64,000 bases of DNA from Squalus acanthias. Taxonomy: Eukaryota. The stretch covers positions 25,050,001-25,114,000 of the forward strand of contig CM059432.1 in NCBI GenBank assembly GCA_030390025.1, given 5' to 3'. The stretch's first letter is position 1. Every line of letters starts with the position of its first letter. A program made the position numbers and the translations under genes. Below the pieces are notes generated by a model, which did not search any database, was not told where the DNA came from, and saw nothing but the letters and a program-made list of their open reading frames with translations. This document shows positions 62,650 through 64,000 of the stretch, piece by piece.

Positions 62650-62900
62650 AGGTAGTCGAGTGGTTCTGGTGCTGGATGAGTAATCCAGAGGTCATGAATG
62701 CAAATCCCATCATGGCAAATTGTTAAATTAAATAAATCTGGTAATTTGTGGGTTGGCCCCAGGAACATGACCATGGAAACTGCCAGATTGTTTTAAAAAT
62801 CCAACTGTTTCTCTAATGTCCTTCAGGAAGAGAACTATACCAATCTCACCTGGTTTGAGCTACATGTGACTCCAGTCTCACACTATATGGTTGACACTTA
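62650..62900 (+). mobile_element. tRNA-derived SINE (family of 16580/41368)
   Basis: CTAATGTCCTTCAGGAAG...ATGTGACTCCAG core. Confidence 0.65.
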
Positions 62901-63536
62901 GGGGTAAAAATTGGGTAGCGCCCCCTAAGTTAGCGCCCCCGCGGCCGATTTTCCCAGGTAGCGCCCCAAGAGGGAGGAGGGGCGCTATTGGAAGCGTCCC
63001 GCATCCCTGTTGGGGTGCTGCGAGCCAGCATTGCGGCGCTACGTGCCACAATACTGCAGGCCTTCCTCCCCTTATTAAAGGGGAGGGGCCTGGCGCAGCG
63101 CATCCCGGTGCCCAGCTGGGTCACCAGGGATCGGGAGTGCCGGCAAACGAGCCCGGTACTCAAGAGGAGTGCCGGGCTCATGGAGAGCAGCCGGCACCCT
63201 GCGGGGGGGCTTCACGGGAGCCGGGGACAGCAACGGAGGCAGGTGCTGGCAGGCGACCAGCAACAAAAATGGTCGCCCGCCACCTCCCCTTTAACTAGCG
63301 CCACCCCGGCCGCAGGTAGGCCCTCCTGACCCCGGCGGACATAGCGTCCGGTGGTAAGTCGGGGGACGTCATCCAATATTACAGCCAGGCCGCGAGCGGG
63401 GCGCTGCACACGGCGATGACGTCATCGCCGGCAGCGCGGCGCGGCACTATGAATTTTGTGGGAGGTGTTAGTGGCGCCACGCCCAGGCGCTAGTTGATTT
63501 GCGCCCTGTTAGCGCCCATAACCGAACTTAGCCCCC
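62901..63536. mobile_element. Harbinger-type MITE
   Basis: Canonical TTA TSD (62898-62900, 63537-63539), termini GGGGTAAAAATTGG / CCGAACTTAGCCCCC, TAGCGCC motifs. Confidence 0.85.
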
Positions 63537-63559
63537 TTAATGTCTTGCGAGTGTTGCCT

Positions 63560-63850
63560 GCATCCCAAGATAAAAATATAAGAATTACTCTGAAGTACAT
63601 TGACTGCTGTTATATAGTTAAGTGCAGAAGTCATTTTGGCATAAGACCCCACCTGCAGCAGTGAGATGTAAAACCTGTTTATCAGGGTTTTTATGGTGTT
63701 GGTTGAGGAAACAGCGTTCAGCCAGGAACCCTGGGAGAAATCAATCCGCATCTTCAAAACGTGCCATGGGATTTTAATCTTCACCGAAACAGGCAGGCAG
63801 AGCCTTGGTTTAACGTCTTATCTGAAGGATTATCCCCCTCCAACAATACA
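63560..63850 (-). mobile_element. Decayed Deu-domain SINE
   Basis: Matches 11290-11500. Confidence 0.7.
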
Positions 63851-63857
63851 GTTGCAT

Positions 63858-64000
63858 ATTAGTGAAGTTATGCTAAATTAGTGAAGTTATGCTAAACTTG
63901 TATCGAACCTTGGTTAGACCACACTTGGAGTACTGCGTACAATTCTGGTCGTCATATTACAAAAAGGATATAGAGGCACTGGAGAGGGTGCAGAGAAGAT
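63858..64000 (+). mobile_element. CR1 RT fragment running out of the window
   Basis: [14 protein letters not shown] motif; 19-bp tandem duplication ATTAGTGAAGTTATGCTAA at its 5' junction. Confidence 0.8.

Noticed and set aside
1..64000. CRISPR arrays, rRNA or functional tRNA genes, prokaryotic systems, antisense ORFs of LINEs
   Set aside because: None seen. tRNA-like pieces are SINE heads, and the antisense ORFs are shadows of retroelement coding frames.

Overview
Repeat-saturated vertebrate DNA whose repeat complement looks like that of a cartilaginous fish (shark). This taxonomic call is an inference from the combination of CR1 LINEs with TTCTTATG/TTCTATG tails, Deu-domain tRNA SINEs, Penelope-like elements (PLEs) with hammerhead motifs and many PIF/Harbinger elements. 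I found no recognisable host protein-coding exon, and every recognisable protein in the ORF track is transposon-derived. Main contents: (1) more than 15 CR1 pieces, including one near full-length copy with an esterase ORF1. (2) Four PLE insertions from two families, all with 13-bp target-site duplications (TSDs; 13-14 bp in one case). (3) A decayed Harbinger transposase, two Harbinger derivatives retaining a Myb-like exon, and about 10 Harbinger-type MITEs. (4) Two related 1.7-1.8 kb solo LTRs with 4-bp TSDs. (5) SINEs with their L2 or other LINE partners. The most unusual structure is at 6412-11168, where four ~0.9-kb MITE units form a 4.8-kb interrupted inverted repeat. Its right-hand dimer looks like a single MITE that copied about 0.95 kb from the left-hand pair, including a 20-bp piece of the CR1 that pair had inserted into. 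Coordinates of decayed repeats are approximate; TSD/TIR-defined ends were read base by base.
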